Positions 41,131 through 54,620 of a stretch of DNA of 64,000 bases are shown in pieces. A program made the position numbers and the translations under genes. The DNA is from an uncultured Litorivicinus sp. (lineage in GTDB: Bacteria > Pseudomonadota > Gammaproteobacteria > Pseudomonadales > Litorivicinaceae). Location: NCBI GenBank assembly GCA_902536515.1, contig CACAXU010000001.1, forward strand, positions 2,223 to 66,222. Direction: 5' to 3'. The first letter of the stretch is position 1. The number at the start of each line of letters is the position of its first letter. Under the pieces are notes generated by a model. The model was not told the origin of the DNA, did no database searches, and was given only the letters and a program-made list of their open reading frames with translations.

Positions 41131-42695
41131 AACTACCGACGATCTCTCCGCATATCCTGCAAGAAAACCACATCGATGTTTTGAGCCAACTCTTTACCGG
41201 TATGCGGTTCGGGCTCGAAAAAGAGGGTCTTCGTATCGATCGGGCTTCTGGCCAACTGGCACAAACTCCACATCCAAGGAATCTTGGTTCCGCACTTACG
41301 CATCCACACATCACCACTGATTATTCTGAGGCTCTGTTAGAATTTGTCACCGGAACGCACGCATCACCACACGCAGCAATACAAGAACTTGAAGAGCTGC
41401 ATATCTTTGCAAGCTCTGTGCTGACAGATGAGCGGATTTGGCCGCTATCCATGCCGTGCCAATTACCTGAGTCGGACTCCGATATCCCGCTTGCTTACTA
41501 TGGGGAGTCCCACATTGGCCGGTTGAAAACAGTGTATCGGCGCGGACTCGGATTTCGCTACGGTAGGCAAATGCAAACCATCGCTGGGGTCCATTTCAAT
41601 CTGTCCTTCAGTGATGATTTATGGGCCTGGAAAGCTGCACTAGATGATCATCCCAATGGCACTGATCGTCGTCTCATTCGTGATCATGGATACTTCCACA
41701 CGATTCGCAATTTTCATCGGATCCAATGGCTAGTTATGCTGCTGACCGGATCAAGCCCATCGGTTGATGAAAGCTTTCGTTTGCTTGCTACTGATCGATT
41801 TACAGTGACTGGCCGAACACGCCTCGCAGAAGGAGCAACGAGCCTCCGTATGAGCGATCTTGGTTATCAATCTGCAGCGCAAGAATCCATCAACATCTGC
41901 TTCAATCATTTGGATACCTATTGCGATACGTTATCTAATGCAGTGCATCACCCATGGCCAACCTATGAAGGCTTAGGCCTAAAAGATGACCATGGATTCA
42001 AGCAATTGAATACTGCGGTGTTGCAGATTGAGAATGAGTATTACTCAAGCATCCGGCCAAAGCGTATTCAACAGCCTGGAGAACGACCTGTTCGTGCACT
42101 TATTAATCACGGCGTTGAATATCTAGAGGTGCGCGCAATCGATTTAAATCCGTTTGCTCGCAACGGGATATCAGAGCATGAGGCATCTTTGATTACGCTA
42201 CTTATGGCCGCATCAGCGCTTGCTGACAGCCCGCTAAATACATCCCAGGAGCGCGTTGCTATCGACGGTATCAATGCACGCACTAGTTGGGCTGGCCGGA
42301 GACCTGGCCAACGATTTGACGACCAATCGACGTTCAAGCAGGCAGGTCTAAGGTTCCTCGAATCACTCGATCCGATCGCCGAGGCTCTCAATACTGCTTT
42401 TCACACAGAAAGCTTTGCAAGTGCACTAGAGGATGCACGCTTAAGGCTCGATGGGACCTACCCGTTACTCTCTGAGGAAATCGAACAAGCAGTAATCCAA
42501 AACGGACATTTAAAATTTGGTCTTGCGCACGCAAATCAACACCATGACGGTTGGCAAACGGTCAATCTGAAGACCGAAAAGTTAGAAGCTATGCGGCGGG
42601 AAGTACAAGAGAGTCTGACGGCCGAACAACAAATGGCTACATCAAACGAGGGCTCTTTTGATGCCTTCGTTGATGCATACATTCACCAGCCATAG
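41121..42695 (+). CDS. gshA: Glutamate--cysteine ligase
   Basis: GLEKEGLR, ITTDYSEALLE, WPLSMPC, MQTIAGVHFN, ATSLRMSDLGY, LQIENEYYS.IRPKR. Confidence 0.96.
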   Translation: MQLKLPTISPHILQENHIDVLSQLFTGMRFGLEKEGLRIDRASGQLAQTPHPRNLGSALTHPHITTDYSEALLEFVTGTHASPHAAIQELEELHIFASSVLTDERIWPLSMPCQLPESDSDIPLAYYGESHIGRLKTVYRRGLGFRYGRQMQTIAGVHFNLSFSDDLWAWKAALDDHPNGTDRRLIRDHGYFHTIRNFHRIQWLVMLLTGSSPSVDESFRLLATDRFTVTGRTRLAEGATSLRMSDLGYQSAAQESINICFNHLDTYCDTLSNAVHHPWPTYEGLGLKDDHGFKQLNTAVLQIENEYYSSIRPKRIQQPGERPVRALINHGVEYLEVRAIDLNPFARNGISEHEASLITLLMAASALADSPLNTSQERVAIDGINARTSWAGRRPGQRFDDQSTFKQAGLRFLESLDPIAEALNTAFHTESFASALEDARLRLDGTYPLLSEEIEQAVIQNGHLKFGLAHANQHHDGWQTVNLKTEKLEAMRREVQESLTAEQQMATSNEGSFDAFVDAYIHQP

Positions 42696-42696
42696 C

Positions 42697-43383
42697 TTAG
42701 TTTGCTGGATTAATCTCCAACAACTCAACATCAAACACGAGCACTGAGTTTGGTGGAATTGGCCCTGTTCCAGCAGAGCCATAAGCCAGTGCCGATGGAA
42801 TGGTGAACTGGAACTTCGATCCAACATTCATGAGCTGAACGCCTTCAGACCAGCCAGGAATCACACCATTCAGAGGGAAGCTCACTGGCTCGCCACGTGC
42901 AATTGAACTGTCGAATACATCGCCTGAAACAAGTCGACCTTCATAGTGAACTTTAACGGTATCGGTCGCCTTCGGTGAATCTCCTGAGCCTTCGGCCAAG
43001 ACCTTGTACTGCAGCCCGGAAGCGGTCACAGTCACCCCGTCTTGTTTTGCGTTATCAGCCAAAAAGGCTTCACCTGATTTCAGATTTGCTTCAGACATTG
43101 CTTCTACCTGTCGTTGTTGTTCTGCGCGCACCTTCGTCTGCGCATCTTGAACAGCTTTGTTGATTGCTGGACGATCGAGTTTCCAACTATTTGGATCTTT
43201 TGAGTCTTTGAGCCCTTCAAAAACGAATTGAGGGTCTAATTCACCAAAATCATTTTGAATACGCTCGCCTAAAATGATTCCAAGGCTGTAACTTAATTTT
43301 TCTAAATCTGTTGAAGGTTCATTCGCAAGCGCCGGAGTCGCAAGCAAAGACGCGATGATTGCGCCCCGAAACGTTGATTTCAT
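42697..43383 (-). CDS. Exported FKBP-type peptidyl-prolyl isomerase (FkpA/Mip family)
   Basis: Signal peptide, SYSLG, SGLQYKV, VHYEG, FDSS, VIPGW, IPPNSVLVFDVELL. Confidence 0.93.
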   Translation of the reverse strand: MKSTFRGAIIASLLATPALANEPSTDLEKLSYSLGIILGERIQNDFGELDPQFVFEGLKDSKDPNSWKLDRPAINKAVQDAQTKVRAEQQRQVEAMSEANLKSGEAFLADNAKQDGVTVTASGLQYKVLAEGSGDSPKATDTVKVHYEGRLVSGDVFDSSIARGEPVSFPLNGVIPGWSEGVQLMNVGSKFQFTIPSALAYGSAGTGPIPPNSVLVFDVELLEINPAN

Positions 43384-43392
43384 AGATACTCC

Positions 43393-44037
43393 TTAATTAG
43401 TTTGAGAAAGCCTATCAGGCTCTGGGGTCGAAATGCCACGTAAGACTCGATTTCCCTCAGTAATACGTGATGCCGTTGTCACCAAACACAACACACCAAA
43501 CCCCCACGCAAGCCATTCAAACCACTCTGGTATTACACACATCAACAATAAAACAGCTGTCGTTTCAAAGCCTTCGGTCAAGCCTTGAAGATAATAAATA
43601 GATTTTTCTTTCAAAGCCTGGTTCTCCAAACGATGACGCGCAGCAAAAACGGAGAACGCAAGGAAACTAGAGCCTGTTCCAACAAAACTGAAGAGCAGAA
43701 ATGCGGTGGCCAATGCTACGCTCGGATCGCGGATCGCAAAGGCTAAAGGGATCGCGCTATAGACGAGAAAATCACAGGTAATATCAAGAAAAGCGCCCCG
43801 TTCAGTTGGGCCTTGAATGCGAGCCAAGGCTCCATCTAAACCATCCAATAAACGGTTTAGCCCAAATAAAATCGCCGCAGCAATCAATGCATCAAGGATG
43901 ATTGCGATCGCCGCCAATAACCCCACCACAGCGCCAATCACCGTCAGTTGGGTCGCCGATAATCCTGCTCGATCGAGCGGCAAGACTGCAGAACCTAATG
44001 GCGCCTTCAACCGCCTCACGATCAACGCATCAAACAC
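43393..44037 (-). CDS. CDP-alcohol phosphatidyltransferase family protein (YnjF-like)
   Basis: DGLDGALAR...G..LDITCD motif; GLTEGFET. Confidence 0.9.
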   Translation of the reverse strand: MFDALIVRRLKAPLGSAVLPLDRAGLSATQLTVIGAVVGLLAAIAIILDALIAAAILFGLNRLLDGLDGALARIQGPTERGAFLDITCDFLVYSAIPLAFAIRDPSVALATAFLLFSFVGTGSSFLAFSVFAARHRLENQALKEKSIYYLQGLTEGFETTAVLLLMCVIPEWFEWLAWGFGVLCLVTTASRITEGNRVLRGISTPEPDRLSQTN

Positions 44038-44642
44038 ATCATGTCTCCCTCTGTCGGCCGATCCTCTGGATGATGTGTTACCAGAATCCCATAGCTTCCG
44101 TCATGTCGTACTTGCTCATAAATAACTTGTTTCACTTGTTCTCGGGTCTCTGTATCAAGTGCGCTCAATGGCTCGTCCAGCAGGAGTACACGAGGATGTG
44201 GTGCCAAAGCCCGGGCGACGGCGACGCGCATCATTTGACCGCGAGACAATTGAAACGGATCCTGCGTGGCCATCCCTTGAAGACCCAACTGATCCAATAA
44301 TTGACCCACGCGGGCCCTGCGAGCGATTCCTGCACATTGATGCATGGAAAGTTCGATATTTGCGCCAATGGATAAATGTGGAAAGAGTAATGGCTCTTGA
44401 AATACAGTTTGCGACTCAGTACTCAGCCGAACGTCAGCGTCCATCTGACGCCCATCGAGCGTGATCCGGCCGATGAATTCAACTCCCGGCTCCTGATCAA
44501 TTAGTGCGTGCAATAAAGTCGACTTGCCAAGACCAGATTCACCCTGAAGAGTCATGATTTCTCCCGGCTGAAGTGCAAATGAAATCGGTCGAAATAGTCC
44601 ACGACCAGCGCGTCGCACAAACACGTCACCGAAAATCAGCAT
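44022..44642 (-). CDS. ABC transporter ATP-binding protein (YnjD-like)
   Basis: GESGLGKST, FQEPLLFPHL, LSRGQ, LLLDEP, VTH; start at ATG 44642. Confidence 0.88.
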   Translation of the reverse strand: MLIFGDVFVRRAGRGLFRPISFALQPGEIMTLQGESGLGKSTLLHALIDQEPGVEFIGRITLDGRQMDADVRLSTESQTVFQEPLLFPHLSIGANIELSMHQCAGIARRARVGQLLDQLGLQGMATQDPFQLSRGQMMRVAVARALAPHPRVLLLDEPLSALDTETREQVKQVIYEQVRHDGSYGILVTHHPEDRPTEGDMMCLMR

Positions 44643-46239
44643 AACCGTCTCCTTGCATCCCCGCACGATGTCGCCATGCAAGTCGGTTGAGACACATTGC
44701 AAGTACAAATGCAATCAAGGGCAATAGCAGATTTACAAGTCCTGTTAGAGCAGCAGATCGTCGCTCGCTCCCAACAGTGACCATCAATTCGGTCATCAAG
44801 GTTTCAATTCGACCACCACCGAGCAAGATTGTTTGGGTGTAGAGCGCGCAACTCACTGCAAACGCCAGCGCCATAGCCAACATCAATAATCGACTGTTTC
44901 TCGGTAACCAGATCAAAAATATCCGTCGAGCGATGGACAAGCCTGACTGTCGCAAAAGCATCTCATGACGCACATCACGTTCAAACCAGCTGTCACTGAT
45001 GACAATCATGACGTACGGCAACGCAATCAGTGTATGACCCAAAATGACCGGCCAGAGACCTGGACTTCCACCGAGGAAATACACCCAGGCAAGCAAGCCC
45101 GACGCGATTGGGAGTCCGGGTAACCAGAGGAAAGCCCACCAGACCCAGTGTAGTCGCTTTTGCCCTTTTGACACCAAATACTCAAGAATACCGACTGCCA
45201 AAACGATCGAAATCAGTCCAGTGATGAGGCCTATCAATAACGACATCCAAAATGGAGAGGCTAAGGTGTCCAGGTTTTTCAGAGCCATCAAGGAAATGTG
45301 CGGTAATGGCTCAAATACACTCCATCGAAGAGTCATCGACCAAATCAGCAAACTCGCCAGCGATAGACAGGTAATGGCAACCAGCGTCCATCGCAATACA
45401 GTGGCTAAACGAGTAAACGTCCAAACGACCGGCAACCGATTTTTTGCACGCGAGCGAAGCAGTAGCCGACATAAAATCCAAGCCACACTGAGTCCGATCA
45501 ACAAAATGAGCAACCCCTGCGCGCCCGCTTGTCTATTAATGGCGTCTGGATCGGTGAGTAATTGTAGCAATCGAACACCGATTAGCTGCGGCTGGTCTGG
45601 CCCCAAAATTAAACTGACCTCAAGATTAGTCAACCCAAAAACAAACACCACGAATATTGCTGGTCCCATTAATTGTAGGACCTGTGGCCAAATCAGTTGA
45701 TGATGGCACCCCGTATCAGTCATCCCTGCTTGTCTGGCGATGACCCGATAGGATTGGAGCGGCAGCCGTTTGGTCATTGGGATCGCAATGGCAGCTAAAA
45801 ATGCACTCTCTTTGATAACAAGCGATAGGATTGCTCCGACGCCCCATGGATCTCTAGGAAATAAATATTGCCGTTCGATTGGAACCTCAAAAATAACCGA
45901 GATCCACCGCCAACCAACACCACCAGCGGACAATGCGAGCACTAAACCAATGGCAAGTGCGCCATGTGGCATGGCAAGCAACAAACTCCGCCACAATTGG
46001 AAATCATTCAGTCGCAACGCTTTAGCAGAGAGGGCGCGTGCAATAAATAATGAAATTATAAGCGAAGCGATCGCGACCCAAAGCGAGAGTAGTGAAGAAT
46101 GAACAAGGGCCGGCTCATTCGATAGTCGGTCCCAACCTTGCACCCAAGAGGCACCGGAATACCGACCGACGGCATCATCCAGCAAGCCAAGGATGGGAAG
46201 AATCAGAATGAGAACGAAAAATCGCTCAACCCAATTCAC
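44626..46239 (-). CDS. ABC transporter permease, double domain (YnjC-like)
   Basis: LLAMPHGALAIG, LILGP, TLIALPYV, GGGRIETL; multi-TM. Confidence 0.85.
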   Translation of the reverse strand: MNWVERFFVLILILPILGLLDDAVGRYSGASWVQGWDRLSNEPALVHSSLLSLWVAIASLIISLFIARALSAKALRLNDFQLWRSLLLAMPHGALAIGLVLALSAGGVGWRWISVIFEVPIERQYLFPRDPWGVGAILSLVIKESAFLAAIAIPMTKRLPLQSYRVIARQAGMTDTGCHHQLIWPQVLQLMGPAIFVVFVFGLTNLEVSLILGPDQPQLIGVRLLQLLTDPDAINRQAGAQGLLILLIGLSVAWILCRLLLRSRAKNRLPVVWTFTRLATVLRWTLVAITCLSLASLLIWSMTLRWSVFEPLPHISLMALKNLDTLASPFWMSLLIGLITGLISIVLAVGILEYLVSKGQKRLHWVWWAFLWLPGLPIASGLLAWVYFLGGSPGLWPVILGHTLIALPYVMIVISDSWFERDVRHEMLLRQSGLSIARRIFLIWLPRNSRLLMLAMALAFAVSCALYTQTILLGGGRIETLMTELMVTVGSERRSAALTGLVNLLLPLIAFVLAMCLNRLAWRHRAGMQGDGYADFR

Positions 46240-47428
46240 TGAGCCTTTCCAAAATAGCGCTCTTTCCAGGCGCGCTCTAAAGGCTCAACCCAACTTGCAT
46301 GCGGCTCTGATAATGGAATGCCAAGATCCTGCGAAGTTAATGTCGCCGGACCTAAGTCAAGCGTCTGAAAAAGTATTCGATCCGCAGGACGCAATCGCGA
46401 CACATCGATCACTGTCGGATCACCCCAAATCGACGGATCTGCTTTCTCGGCCTGTGCCTCGGGACTCAACAGAAGGTTGATCCAAACAAGCGCTGCATCA
46501 CGTGATTGCGCATTGAACGGAATCGCCAAAAAATGCGTGTTACCAACCGTGCCAATCTTATGAACATAGGTGCGCACGGAAGGCGCAAAACGACCATCCA
46601 AAATCCGCTGTGACGCATCATTTGGATTAAAGCTCAGCGCAATATCCAAGATACCATCAGAAAACAAATCCATCATGACTTCTGCCGAGTCAGGGAATTC
46701 TCTCCCATCACGCCATAAATTGGGGTGCAATGTATCAAGGTATTCCCACATCGGCAGAGTGACTGGCTTGAACCGCTCTTCTGAATAAGGCTCTATCAGC
46801 CAATCAGGGTATAGCGTGGTTTCCCAAAGGACCTGCTTTAAGAACGTGGTTCCATGAAAATTGGGTGGCTCAGGGTAAGTCACACGTCCAATATTATTTT
46901 TGGCATAGTCGAGCAGCGCAGCCATTGACTTCGGTGGTTCAGCGAGTCGCGCCTGATCAACAATAAATACTAATTGAGCACGACCCCACGGAGCCTCTAA
47001 TCCGTCTGTCGGAACCGAAAAGTCAGCGGCAATTGTCGGCTCAGCTAAATTAATTGCACTCGACGACGGGAGATCAGTAACAAACGGAGCGCCCAGCAGC
47101 CCATCACGCTTCATCCGAGCAAAATTCTCTCCGTTAATCCACATAACATCAACTGAACCCTGATCTGATCGGCCGACACGTTTAGCTGTTTGTATGCCCT
47201 GTATTGCTATGGAGATGTCATCGACTTTGACGTGCTCGACAGTAACATAGTGTCGCTGTTGAGCGATTGTCGCCCAGCGCTCAATATATTTATTGATCGT
47301 TGACGAACCACCCCATGCATAAAAATAAATAGTTTGGCCTTCCGCATTGGCCTCTATTGCCTGCCAGTCATCCGCTTGGCCGGGCTGAGCACTCACAAAT
47401 ACACTGAGCGCAAAAATCAATCGAAAAA

Positions 47429-47432
<4 letters not shown>
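46236..47432 (-). CDS. ABC transporter substrate-binding protein (YnjB-like)
   Basis: GQTIYFYAWGGS, DVMWINGENF, EAPWGRAQ, TYPEPPNFHGTTFLKQ, NTHFLAIPFNA. Confidence 0.9.
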
Positions 47433-49230
<1,798 letters not shown>

Positions 49231-49254
49231 CAGAAGAAAGATAACGAGGACACA

Positions 49255-49581
49255 ATGAGCGACCAAATTACGACTCTTACAAATGATAACTTTGATTCAA
49301 TAATCAAGGATGCGCAAACGCCTGTATTGGTGGATTTCTGGGCAGAATGGTGCGGGCCATGTAAAACGATCGCACCCTTCTTGGAAGAACTCGCCACCGA
49401 ATATGCAGGTCGCCTCACAATTGCAAAGCTGAATGTGGATGATCACCGCGAAGCTACTGAAAAATTCAGTATTCGAGGAATTCCCACGCTAATCTTATTT
49501 AAAAATGGGGAGCCTGAAGCGACCAAGGTTGGCGCTCTGTCCAAAAGCCAACTCGCCGCATTTCTCGATTCAAACATCTAA
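49255..49581 (+). CDS. trxA: Thioredoxin 1
   Basis: [26 protein letters not shown]; trxA-rho synteny. Confidence 0.97.
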   Translation: MSDQITTLTNDNFDSIIKDAQTPVLVDFWAEWCGPCKTIAPFLEELATEYAGRLTIAKLNVDDHREATEKFSIRGIPTLILFKNGEPEATKVGALSKSQLAAFLDSNI

Positions 49582-49586
49582 AAGAC

Positions 49587-49622
49587 TAGACGAGACCACC
49601 GAAAGCGCCTAAGCTTTCGGTG
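49587..49622 (+). promoter_or_regulatory. Putative rho promoter overlapped by a 10-bp hairpin
   Basis: TAGACG (49587-49592), 17 nt, TAAGCT (49610-49615); CACCGAAAGC/GCTTTCGGTG inverted repeat 49597-49622. Confidence 0.55.
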
Positions 49623-49718
49623 TGGATGCTCTCCGCAGACTCCTTTGTTTTTCATAAATTACAAGTTGACCAACCTATGTACCGCTCGTGGTCCGCACCC
49701 GAGTGATCCAGAGAACTC

Positions 49719-50978
49719 ATGAACCTCACAGAACTCAAGAAAAAATCAATGCCGCAACTCCTTGAAATTGCGGAAAGTATGAACCTCGAAAATCTCGCAC
49801 GGTCTCGCAAACAGGATGTTATTTTCTCGATCCTTAAAGCGCACGCGAAGAGTGGGGAAGATATTTATGGTGATGGTGTCTTGGAGATATTATCAGATGG
49901 TTTCGGATTCCTAAGATCCGCCGACTCAAGTTATCTCGCAGGCCCCGATGACATCTATGTCTCGCCGAGTCAGATTCGACGGTTCAATCTCCGCAAGGGA
50001 GATTCCATTGCTGGCAAAATCCGTCCGCCGAAAGATAGTGAGCGTTACTTTGCATTGTTGAAGGTTGACGAGATCAACTTTGATAAGCCAGAAAATGCGA
50101 AAAATAAAATTTTATTCGAAAACCTTACACCGCTATTCCCGCAAGAATGTCTCTCCATGGAACAAGGCAATGGTTCAACCGAAGACTTAACAGCACGAAT
50201 TATTGATTTAGTTTGCCCAATTGGTAAGGGCCAACGCGCTTTGATCGTTTCACCACCTAAAGCAGGTAAAACGCTCATGTTGCAAAACATTGCCAACAGT
50301 ATCGTGCGAAACAATCCAGAATGTTATTTGATTGTCCTATTGATCGATGAGCGCCCGGAAGAAGTCACCGAGATGCAACGTACGGTCCGCGGTGAAGTAG
50401 TGGCGTCAACTTTTGATGAACCACCAGCTCGCCATGTACAAGTTGCTGAGATGGTGATTGAGAAAGCCAAGCGACTGACCGAACACAAGCGCGACGTGAT
50501 CATCTTACTCGATTCCATTACTCGACTTGCACGAGCTTACAACACAGTACAGCCATCATCGGGCAAAGTATTAACGGGCGGGGTCGATGCGCACGCTCTC
50601 GAACGACCAAAGCGCTTCTTTGGTGCTGCTCGAAATATCGAAGAAGGTGGTAGTTTGTCCATTATTGCGACCGCATTGGTTGATACCGGTTCGAAAATGG
50701 ATGAAGTGATCTTTGAAGAGTTCAAAGGAACTGGTAACTCCGAACTCAACCTGGAGAGACGAGCCGCTGAGAAGCGCATCTTCCCAGCAATCAATATCCG
50801 TAAATCTGGAACGCGCCGTGAGGATCTCCTCACCACAGAAGAGGAATTGCAGCGTATGTGGATTTTGCGAAAGCTCCTGGACTCCATGGAAGATCTTCAA
50901 GCAATCGAATTCTTGGTCGATCGCATGAAAACCACGACGACGAACGAAGAATTCTTCCAATCGATGAAGAAGCGCTAA
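49719..50978 (+). CDS. rho: Transcription termination factor Rho
   Basis: [47 protein letters not shown]. Confidence 0.98.
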   Translation: MNLTELKKKSMPQLLEIAESMNLENLARSRKQDVIFSILKAHAKSGEDIYGDGVLEILSDGFGFLRSADSSYLAGPDDIYVSPSQIRRFNLRKGDSIAGKIRPPKDSERYFALLKVDEINFDKPENAKNKILFENLTPLFPQECLSMEQGNGSTEDLTARIIDLVCPIGKGQRALIVSPPKAGKTLMLQNIANSIVRNNPECYLIVLLIDERPEEVTEMQRTVRGEVVASTFDEPPARHVQVAEMVIEKAKRLTEHKRDVIILLDSITRLARAYNTVQPSSGKVLTGGVDAHALERPKRFFGAARNIEEGGSLSIIATALVDTGSKMDEVIFEEFKGTGNSELNLERRAAEKRIFPAINIRKSGTRREDLLTTEEELQRMWILRKLLDSMEDLQAIEFLVDRMKTTTTNEEFFQSMKKR

Positions 50979-51814
50979 GAAGCATCTTCAATAAGGCGGT
51001 GTCTGAGTTGCTCAAGAGCCGCTGTTCTTCCAGACTCCGCTTCAATACTCAACAAATGCACCAAGGGATGATCGGAATCTAGCTGATTCGCTCGATCGAT
51101 GTGGTGTTTCGCTTCAGCATCAAGACCAGCCGCCATTGCCAAACGCGCTTGCACAATCTCCAATGCAACCGAATCAGTATGGACTTTCGCTAATGAATTG
51201 AGGGTCGCCAACCGCGACAGGGCATCGTCATCACCAATCGTCTCAAGGGCCAGCACCCAGTCTTCACGCCACTCCTTTTTCAACGCTTTTATCAGCGGTT
51301 TGAACTCGGATGGACTAGGATCATATTCGATCGCTTTTGGAATATTTGCCATCAGTCGCTCTGCTGATTCCAAATAACGCTCTGATTCATCAAGTTGTTC
51401 AAGCCGTCTCGCAGCTTCCGATGCGAGTAACCAATGCAGTGCTGGTAACGATTCAGAGCTAGCATCTTTTTTTAATACCGACAAAGCACGCGCAGGTTCA
51501 TCGCGACGCAACCATAATGCGCCCTCAATGAGCCGCGAATCGGCTTTTCGCTGACGCATGCGACCCCAGGCCTTCCAGGCATTCCGCGGGAGACGCCCCA
51601 AAGCACCGCCCAAACCAAATACAATCCAGAGAATGAAGGTGGCTGCTAGAAAAAGAACTATAAATGCCCAGAGTGACATCTCAACCGTGTAGCCACCGTA
51701 AGCGACCAGTACGTAGCCCGAATCAGCTTTGACTCGATCTCCCAGGTATAGACCAAGTGCCAGTAGTGCACCGAAACCTGTGATCCAGATCGTGATTCTA
51801 ACGGCACGACTCAC
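50975..51814 (-). CDS. hemY: HemY N-terminal domain membrane protein (short form)
   Basis: [17 protein letters not shown]; hemCDXY operon position. Confidence 0.75.
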   Translation of the reverse strand: MSRAVRITIWITGFGALLALGLYLGDRVKADSGYVLVAYGGYTVEMSLWAFIVLFLAATFILWIVFGLGGALGRLPRNAWKAWGRMRQRKADSRLIEGALWLRRDEPARALSVLKKDASSESLPALHWLLASEAARRLEQLDESERYLESAERLMANIPKAIEYDPSPSEFKPLIKALKKEWREDWVLALETIGDDDALSRLATLNSLAKVHTDSVALEIVQARLAMAAGLDAEAKHHIDRANQLDSDHPLVHLLSIEAESGRTAALEQLRHRLIEDAS

Positions 51815-52923
51815 TGTTTAACCTCTGCGCCAGAAATACGCTCTTGAGTCAGTGCATCACGATACACTTTGAGAGCTCGAAGCCCTCCGGCCGCATCTGG
51901 AATTTCGCGTGTGATTTGTATGCCTTCCAATGATCCGAGGACTGTGATCACTTTCAGTCCAGCACCATCCGTTACATCAAAGAAGTTCATCGATAAGCGT
52001 TTCGCCTGGGCAAGCCCTGCGTCGAACAGTGCTTGATCTTCACGAATCAATGCGAGCTTGATTTGCTCGAGGCTCAAGCGGAGAACTTCTCGCGCTCGTC
52101 CCGCATCCGAAGCAGAAACCAATGGTGTGATCGGTTCGTTCACTTCACGAATTCGAATAAACTCAGACAATTCTCCAAGCCAGTGTTTCACGTCGACCGT
52201 CTCTACCGATTCTTCCTTAGGAGCTAAGCGACGCACAGGCAGCCGCAAATCATCCAACACAGGATCAAGAGCAAGTAGCTCAGCCTGTAGACCCAATATA
52301 TCAACAGATTGAACCGTGGATAGTGACTGTAAATCCTGCGCTAAACGCTCTCTCACTGATAACAAACGACCATCTTGTAGTTGGCCCAAAAGCGCTTGTG
52401 CTGTGCGCATTAAGGTCACCGCAGTTTCTGGGTTGCGTTCGATTAGCAGTCGTTGATCGGCGAGCTTCAAAAGATATTCAGATTCAGCCAACACATAGCT
52501 ACTTCGTGTATCTATCTGCGCTTTTGCAAGCCGTTCAGCAACCACATCAACACGATCGATTACTGACTGATTGCGGGCGTCGGCACGGCCAATCTCCGAT
52601 TCCAACCTTAGCATTTGCTTATCAAGATTTTGAGTCACTGTCTTTAAATTTTCGAGTTGCGAAACCTGTGTGCTCAATGCCTGGACAGAAGCACCTAATG
52701 ACCCAGTCAATCGCGTAAACGACTGGAACTCTTGCCAACCGAACCAAGTGACAAAACCAACACCAGCGCACGCAGTACAACTGAACAGGAGAGTAATCCA
52801 AGCACTGGAACCCCTTGCCCCCGAATGTTCTTGGGGCTCGGAAACCGTATCAATCGACTCGATCTGTTGGTCTGCACTAGTCCCCTCAGCGCCCTTGGGT
52901 GTTGTCTCTTCAGTCTTTGACAC
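51811..52923 (-). CDS. hemX: HemX family membrane protein
   Basis: Single TM + coiled coil, LAESEYLLKLADQRL, VRERLAQD. Confidence 0.85.
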   Translation of the reverse strand: MSKTEETTPKGAEGTSADQQIESIDTVSEPQEHSGARGSSAWITLLFSCTACAGVGFVTWFGWQEFQSFTRLTGSLGASVQALSTQVSQLENLKTVTQNLDKQMLRLESEIGRADARNQSVIDRVDVVAERLAKAQIDTRSSYVLAESEYLLKLADQRLLIERNPETAVTLMRTAQALLGQLQDGRLLSVRERLAQDLQSLSTVQSVDILGLQAELLALDPVLDDLRLPVRRLAPKEESVETVDVKHWLGELSEFIRIREVNEPITPLVSASDAGRAREVLRLSLEQIKLALIREDQALFDAGLAQAKRLSMNFFDVTDGAGLKVITVLGSLEGIQITREIPDAAGGLRALKVYRDALTQERISGAEVKQ

Positions 52924-53632
52924 TCGGATCTCCTTGCATCGCCAATCGAACGCCTTCTGGTGTCGGCGATTGAATTTGATGATACCGGCTTCCGATGGGT
53001 AATTGTGCTTTGGCGTCAGAACTTGTTACAAAATGCAGGTAATCCAACACACTCAAACCATGCGTCTCTGCAATTTTCAAAAAAGAGCGCACGAGGAGTG
53101 CAGAACCGTGAACAACTCCATCAACAGCGTCGATGCTTGTATTTCCGAGATCGAAATGAGGAACCAATTCAAATAGCTCCAGATGCGTGACCGGATCCAT
53201 TAACACGGAATTCAGTTGGTCAAATTGACGCCCTGAACCTTTGCCACTGACAACTAAGACTTGACTCTCCGGCAGAATCTCAGAACGCATCAAATGCATC
53301 AGCGATTGAGAGCCTGGACTCGAGGCGATCCTCACTGTATGCGATTCATCCTTGAGTAACTCCGATGTTCCGACACCCACTGCCCAAAATTGTTGCTTGG
53401 CTGGCCATTGTGCCCACCGTGAGACCACTGCCTCGATCAACAATCGCGTAGATTCGGGAGACGTAACAACAACATGATCAAAGCGGTCAAAATCGACAAT
53501 CGCTGGGTCCAACAAGACATCCAACGGGTAGGACTGAACACATGGAAGGGCAATCACCTCAAATCCGCTATCAATGAACGCATCAGCGACTCGCGGAAAC
53601 GCAGAAGGAAGCCGATTTAACCAAAGTTTCAA
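52910..53632 (-). CDS. hemD: Uroporphyrinogen-III synthase (divergent)
   Basis: NRLP, VVVTSP, WAVGVGT, SG.G.GR; position between hemC and hemX. Confidence 0.75.
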   Translation of the reverse strand: MKLWLNRLPSAFPRVADAFIDSGFEVIALPCVQSYPLDVLLDPAIVDFDRFDHVVVTSPESTRLLIEAVVSRWAQWPAKQQFWAVGVGTSELLKDESHTVRIASSPGSQSLMHLMRSEILPESQVLVVSGKGSGRQFDQLNSVLMDPVTHLELFELVPHFDLGNTSIDAVDGVVHGSALLVRSFLKIAETHGLSVLDYLHFVTSSDAKAQLPIGSRYHQIQSPTPEGVRLAMQGDPSVKD

Positions 53633-54568
53633 TTACAAACCCGCTTGAGCGAGAAGTTCTCTCGCACCTTGCGAAACCAGCTCTTCTGCAACGTGAATAC
53701 CGAGACTCTCAGCATCATCGAGCTCACCGACACCCTCTGCTTTAAGCAGCGTTCCACAATCAGCTGAACCCACCAATGCGCGTAACCATAGCTGTCCGTC
53801 ACGCTCAATTGCATAGGCTGCAATCGGCACCTGACAACCACCATTCAAATGGCGATTCAACGCACGTTCTGCACGCCCAGCAGTTTCACCCTCGGCATCT
53901 CGTAATGTCATCACAATGTCTCGCGTTACCGAATCATCTTCGCGGATCTCAATTCCAAGAATACCCTGGCCACATGCAGGTAAGATCTCCTCTGGCGCCG
54001 TCTCAAATGCGATACGATCGCCTAATTCAAGGCGTTTTAGACCAGCCGACGCCAGCACAAGGCCATCAAATTCACCTGAGTCGAGTTTCTTCAAGCGTGT
54101 CCCCAAATTGCCTCGGACTGGCGAGAGTTTTAGATCGGGTCGTAGTGCACGAATTTGAGCGATACGCCTCAAACTTGACGTGCCAAGATGTACACCTTGA
54201 GGAATATCAGAAAAACCATCCCAAGCTTGAGTACCAGCGCGGTGAACCAAAGCATCTGTTGGTGTTTCACGTGCTGTTAAACAACACAAGTTCAAACCAA
54301 CGGGAAGCTCCATCGGTACGTCTTTCAAAGAATGGACAGCAAGATCTGCGCGCCCGTCGTACAGTGCGACCTCTAATTCTTTAACGAAGACGCCCTTACC
54401 TCCAATTTTGGTCAACGAAACATCGAGCTGCTCATCACCTTGCGTAGTCATTTCCAAGAGCTCAATTGTCAACTCAGGAAAATGGGCTTGAAGACGATCA
54501 CGAACGTAAAAAGCCTGCCAAAGAGCCAATGGACTCTTCCTTGTTGCGATACTTAATGTTTTTTGCAT
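53633..54568 (-). CDS. hemC: Hydroxymethylbilane synthase
   Basis: [45 protein letters not shown]. Confidence 0.97.
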   Translation of the reverse strand: MQKTLSIATRKSPLALWQAFYVRDRLQAHFPELTIELLEMTTQGDEQLDVSLTKIGGKGVFVKELEVALYDGRADLAVHSLKDVPMELPVGLNLCCLTARETPTDALVHRAGTQAWDGFSDIPQGVHLGTSSLRRIAQIRALRPDLKLSPVRGNLGTRLKKLDSGEFDGLVLASAGLKRLELGDRIAFETAPEEILPACGQGILGIEIREDDSVTRDIVMTLRDAEGETAGRAERALNRHLNGGCQVPIAAYAIERDGQLWLRALVGSADCGTLLKAEGVGELDDAESLGIHVAEELVSQGARELLAQAGL

Positions 54569-54620
54569 GTGTGGTCCTTTGTTACACCAAGTATACTGGA
54601 TGCTTACAGAAGGAGTCTCT